The translations under genes were made by a program, and so were the position numbers. From the human T2T-CHM13v2.0 reference genome, Homo sapiens: DNA of 64,000 nucleotides. The DNA lies in assembly GCF_009914755.1 (NCBI RefSeq), contig NC_060929.1; one strand, given 5' to 3'. A model generated the notes under the pieces. The model searched no databases. It had not been told where the DNA came from and saw only the letters and a program-made list of their open reading frames with translations. Below, in pieces: positions 60,500 to 64,000 of the stretch (position 1 is its first letter; every line of letters starts with the position of its first letter).

Positions 60500-60698
60500 T
60501 ATACCCAAATCCTTTAAAAGTCACATAATAAAAGAAAAATAATAAAAATATTAACTAACTCAAAGTGTTACGATTATGATGTTCAGAACATCAGTCCAAA
60601 TAAAGCATAGTAACAGTTAAGTGGTATACTACAGTACAAAGAGCAGTGGTTTCAGTGTCAGTAGATAAGGGTTGTAGGCCTTCCTGTACCCCTAACTA

Positions 60699-61209
60699 TA
60701 TAGTCCCGCTTTATTGGTGTGGGAGATATTTCAGTGGATGCCTGAAACCATAGATAATACTGAGCCCTATATATACTATGTTTTTTCCTATACATAGCTG
60801 TGACAAAGTCTAATTTATAATGAGCACAGTAAGAGATTAACAGTTTCTTTTTGGCATATCCAAATTTCCAGTATCACTACCCTTGTGCCTTGGGGCTGTT
60901 ATTACATAAAATAGGGGTTACTTGAACATAAGCACTGTGATACCACAACAGTAGATCTGAAGACCCAGATTGCTACTAAGTGACTAATGAGCTGGTAGTG
61001 TCTACAGCATGGATACTCTGGACAAAGGATGATTCACATCCCAGGAAGGTGGGATGGCAGGAGATTTCATCACACTACTCTGAATGGCGCACAATTTAAA
61101 ATTTATTAGTTTTTTATTTCTGGATTTTTCACTTAATATTTTCAGACCATGGTTGATCATGGGTAATTGGAAACTGTAGAAAGTGAAACTCTGGATAAGT
61201 GGGAGCTAG
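60699..61209 (-). mobile_element. MER44-like (Tigger7-derived) DNA element
   Basis: GGATGCCTGAAACCATAGATAATACTGAGCCCTATATATAC...GAAAGTGAAACTCTGGATAAG. Confidence 0.8.
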
Positions 61210-61654
61210 GTGGCATTGGGTAAGGCACCAACAGGAAGTGTATTGTTGTTTGTATCTGCAAGATGAGCATGTTGGACTAGGTGGAGTGATTCAGGTTTCT
61301 TTCACTATTAGAATTCTCTTCATTCTGTGTTCTGTAACATGGTATCAGAAACTTTTTTATCTTAATTTTTTATTTTAAATACTTTAAAATACTCCTTAAA
61401 GTAGATAGAACAGTATAATGAACACCCAGGGACCCATCTAACAATCTCAGCCATCACCACTCCATGCCAGTCATGCTCCTTCTATACTTCCATCCACTTA
61501 CCCCTCTCCTGTATTATTTTCAAACAAATCCCAGACATTAGACTCTCTTTATTAACATGATCCCTCTGTCATCTGTATTATTAGCACCATGAGGTCTTAA
61601 AAATTTTATTTAGTTTTTAACAAGCCTCAAATTGCCTCACTGTTTCTGTGCTTT

Positions 61655-62620
61655 CCATTTTTTTATTGAAATTTTTTGAGATAACCATAGGTTCACATTT
61701 AGTAATAAGAAATAACAATCCCATCTACCCTTTACCCAATATCCCCCAGTAGTAACTTCTTCTAAAACTATAGTATAATATCAGAACCAGGATGTTGACA
61801 TTGATATAATCCACTGACCTTATTCAGATTTCCCCAGTTTTACTTGTACTCATTGTGTGTGTCTGTGTGTGTGTATTTGGTTCTGTACAGTTTTATCACA
61901 TGTGTAGGCTTACATATCCACCACCATGGTCAAGATACAGAATAGTTCCATCACCACAAAGATATCTCATGTTGCCGTTTTATAACTAGCTCTCTGCCCT
62001 CCAGTCCCCCAACACTAATCTGCGGTTTTTGACTTCAAAAGTGTTGTCACTTCAAAAATGTTATATAAGTGGAATCATACGGTATATAACTTTTGGAGAT
62101 TGACTTTTATCACTTAGCATAATTCCCTGGAGATTCATCCAGGTTGTTGTGTATCTCAATTGTTTGTTCCTTTTTATTCCTAAATAGTATGGTATGGATG
62201 TACCACAGTCTGTTTAACCATGACCTGTTGAAGGACACCTCATTGTTTCAATTTTTTGGCTATTCTGAATAAAGCTGCTATGAACATTCATGCACAGGTT
62301 TTTCAATGCTCTGGGATAAATCCTCGAGTGCAGTTGGTCGGTTGTGTGGTAATTATATGTTTACTTCTATGAGAAACTGTCATATGGTTTTCCAGAGAGG
62401 CTATACACTGTTTTATATTCCAACCAGCAATGTATGATCTAGTTTCTCTGTATCTTCACCAACATTTGGTGGTGTCCACTATTTTGTTTATTTTAGCCAT
62501 TCTGACAGATGTTTAGTGATATCTCAGTATAGTTTTAATTTATATTTCCCTGATGGCTAAGGATATTGAATATCTTCTTTATGTGCTTATTTGCCATTGG
62601 TATATCCTCTTTGGTGATAT
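61655..62620 (-). mobile_element. L1MC-like 3' fragment
   Basis: CCCTTTACCCAATATCCCCCAGTAGTAAC...AACTATAGTATAATATCAGAACCAGGATGTTGACATTGATA, then antisense ORF2 end. Confidence 0.8.
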
Positions 62621-63502
62621 TTTGCATCTTTACTCCTCCATTTACTTCTTTTTAGTTGTTAGGATGGTGTGAGATTGCTGGTAAATTACCTATGAAGTTT
62701 GTTATAACATACTTACATAGGAGGAAACAGATCTTCAGACTGAAATAGAAAATATTGCTTACTAGGGTTCTCAGCTCTGTACTAGAATCTCCAGGAATAC
62801 AAAAATGAGTAAGACAAGAACCTTAGTCTTGAAGTTCTAAAACCATCTGGCACTTTTAACTGGAAAGAGAAGCAGAATATGTGTAGAAGTCTGAGATTTC
62901 CAAATTGCATGACTTCAAGGAATGATATTTTAATGGGCATCATAAAGGTGACCACAAATGATGGAAAGATGCTAGCAGACACAAACCAAGGATTCAAATT
63001 CATCTAATATGAGTAAAGCATGCAGAAATGTCACTGCATGTAGATGACTGCCCAGAGCAACACTGGGTGACATAGTAGCAGTCCTAATTAGAGGACAAAT
63101 ACCCCTGGCTTTCACAACCCACAAAGGCACTCAGCTGCCAGTGAGAACAGTGACTGGAGTGAGACTTCTAACAGGATTTTCAAGAAGCTTGTTCTGTCCC
63201 CTCCCTCTTATTTCTTGAGCCTCCTACCTGTTCCAGAGAATATGGATCTATGCCTAATTGATCACCAGTTTCACATACCTGGTGTCAACCCCAGCACATT
63301 CCTGAGTGCTTAATTCGAGTTTGGGTGAAGGATATTTTTTCTAAAACTTGTATCTTAACTAGCAGCACTGGGTCTCAGGCAGTCTATTTCTGCACTTTTC
63401 TATAGAAATTAATGACCCAAATCCTTCGATTAAGTATGCACTTAAGAATTGCACAGTGATGGCCTAAGAAGAGAAATAGCTCAATAGAGAAGATTAGAGA
63501 AT

Positions 63503-63504
<2 letters not shown>

Positions 63505-63543
<39 letters not shown>
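63505..63543. repeat. (CA)n microsatellite
   Basis: ~19-20 perfect CA units. Confidence 0.97.
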
Positions 63544-63546
<3 letters not shown>

Positions 63547-63589
63547 GTATGGTGACATTTAAAGTCAATGGAAGAAAGATGAACTATTG

Positions 63590-64000
63590 AAATCATCTAG
63601 GAAAATTTCTTACCTCACACTATATACAAAACAAAAATCAGTTGGATTAATGATCTAAATTTTAATTTTAAAACGTGTATATAGTAAAGAAATTTAACAT
63701 CTTTATAATTTGTAAGACTGAGGTGGGGTACAGCAGGAAGCCTTCTGATGAAGACATGTAACTTAGAAGCTATAAACAGAAAATGTACAGATTTGACTAC
63801 ATAAAAGTAAAAAAAGAAAATCCTTTGTGATAAAAAAGTACAACAAATGGTTGAAAGAAAACAGAAAGTGTTTTTTATATATGTGTGTATATATGTATAT
63901 ATTTCACACATATCCTTGCACACCTATTTTTCTATGGTGCAGACATATATATTTATCTCTAATAGTTATTATTTCCGATGTACAAAGAGTTTATATAATT
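63590..64000 (+). mobile_element. Old L1M ORF2 fragment (runs off window)
   Basis: TACCTCACACTATATACAAAA...GGATTAATGATCTAAAT...AGATTTGACTACATAAAA. Confidence 0.7.

Overview
Human-like (hominid) genomic DNA: AT-rich, CpG-poor and mostly transposon-derived. The ORF track contains no complete cellular gene; nearly all ORFs are L1, Alu or SVA fragments or chance ORFs. One candidate terminal coding exon lies at 13770-13887 (+), with a poly(A) signal at 14127. The main structure is a ~21 kb retroelement block (22.0-43.0 kb). It contains a 5'-inverted L1PA, two Alus, two tandem full-length L1PA7/8-like elements on the minus strand, and a full-length ~3.5 kb SVA (F-like) with a long VNTR. The most unusual observation is that the two tandem L1s plus their 1.4 kb spacer are enclosed by a single target-site duplication. 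They also share a patchwork of near-identical tracts whose sharp edge coincides with a 44-bp-stem templated hairpin insertion in one copy and a 13-bp deletion in the other. Repeat subfamily names and the boundaries of old repeats were assigned by eye from remembered consensus sequences and are approximate. I found no evidence of a novel enzymatic or defence system.
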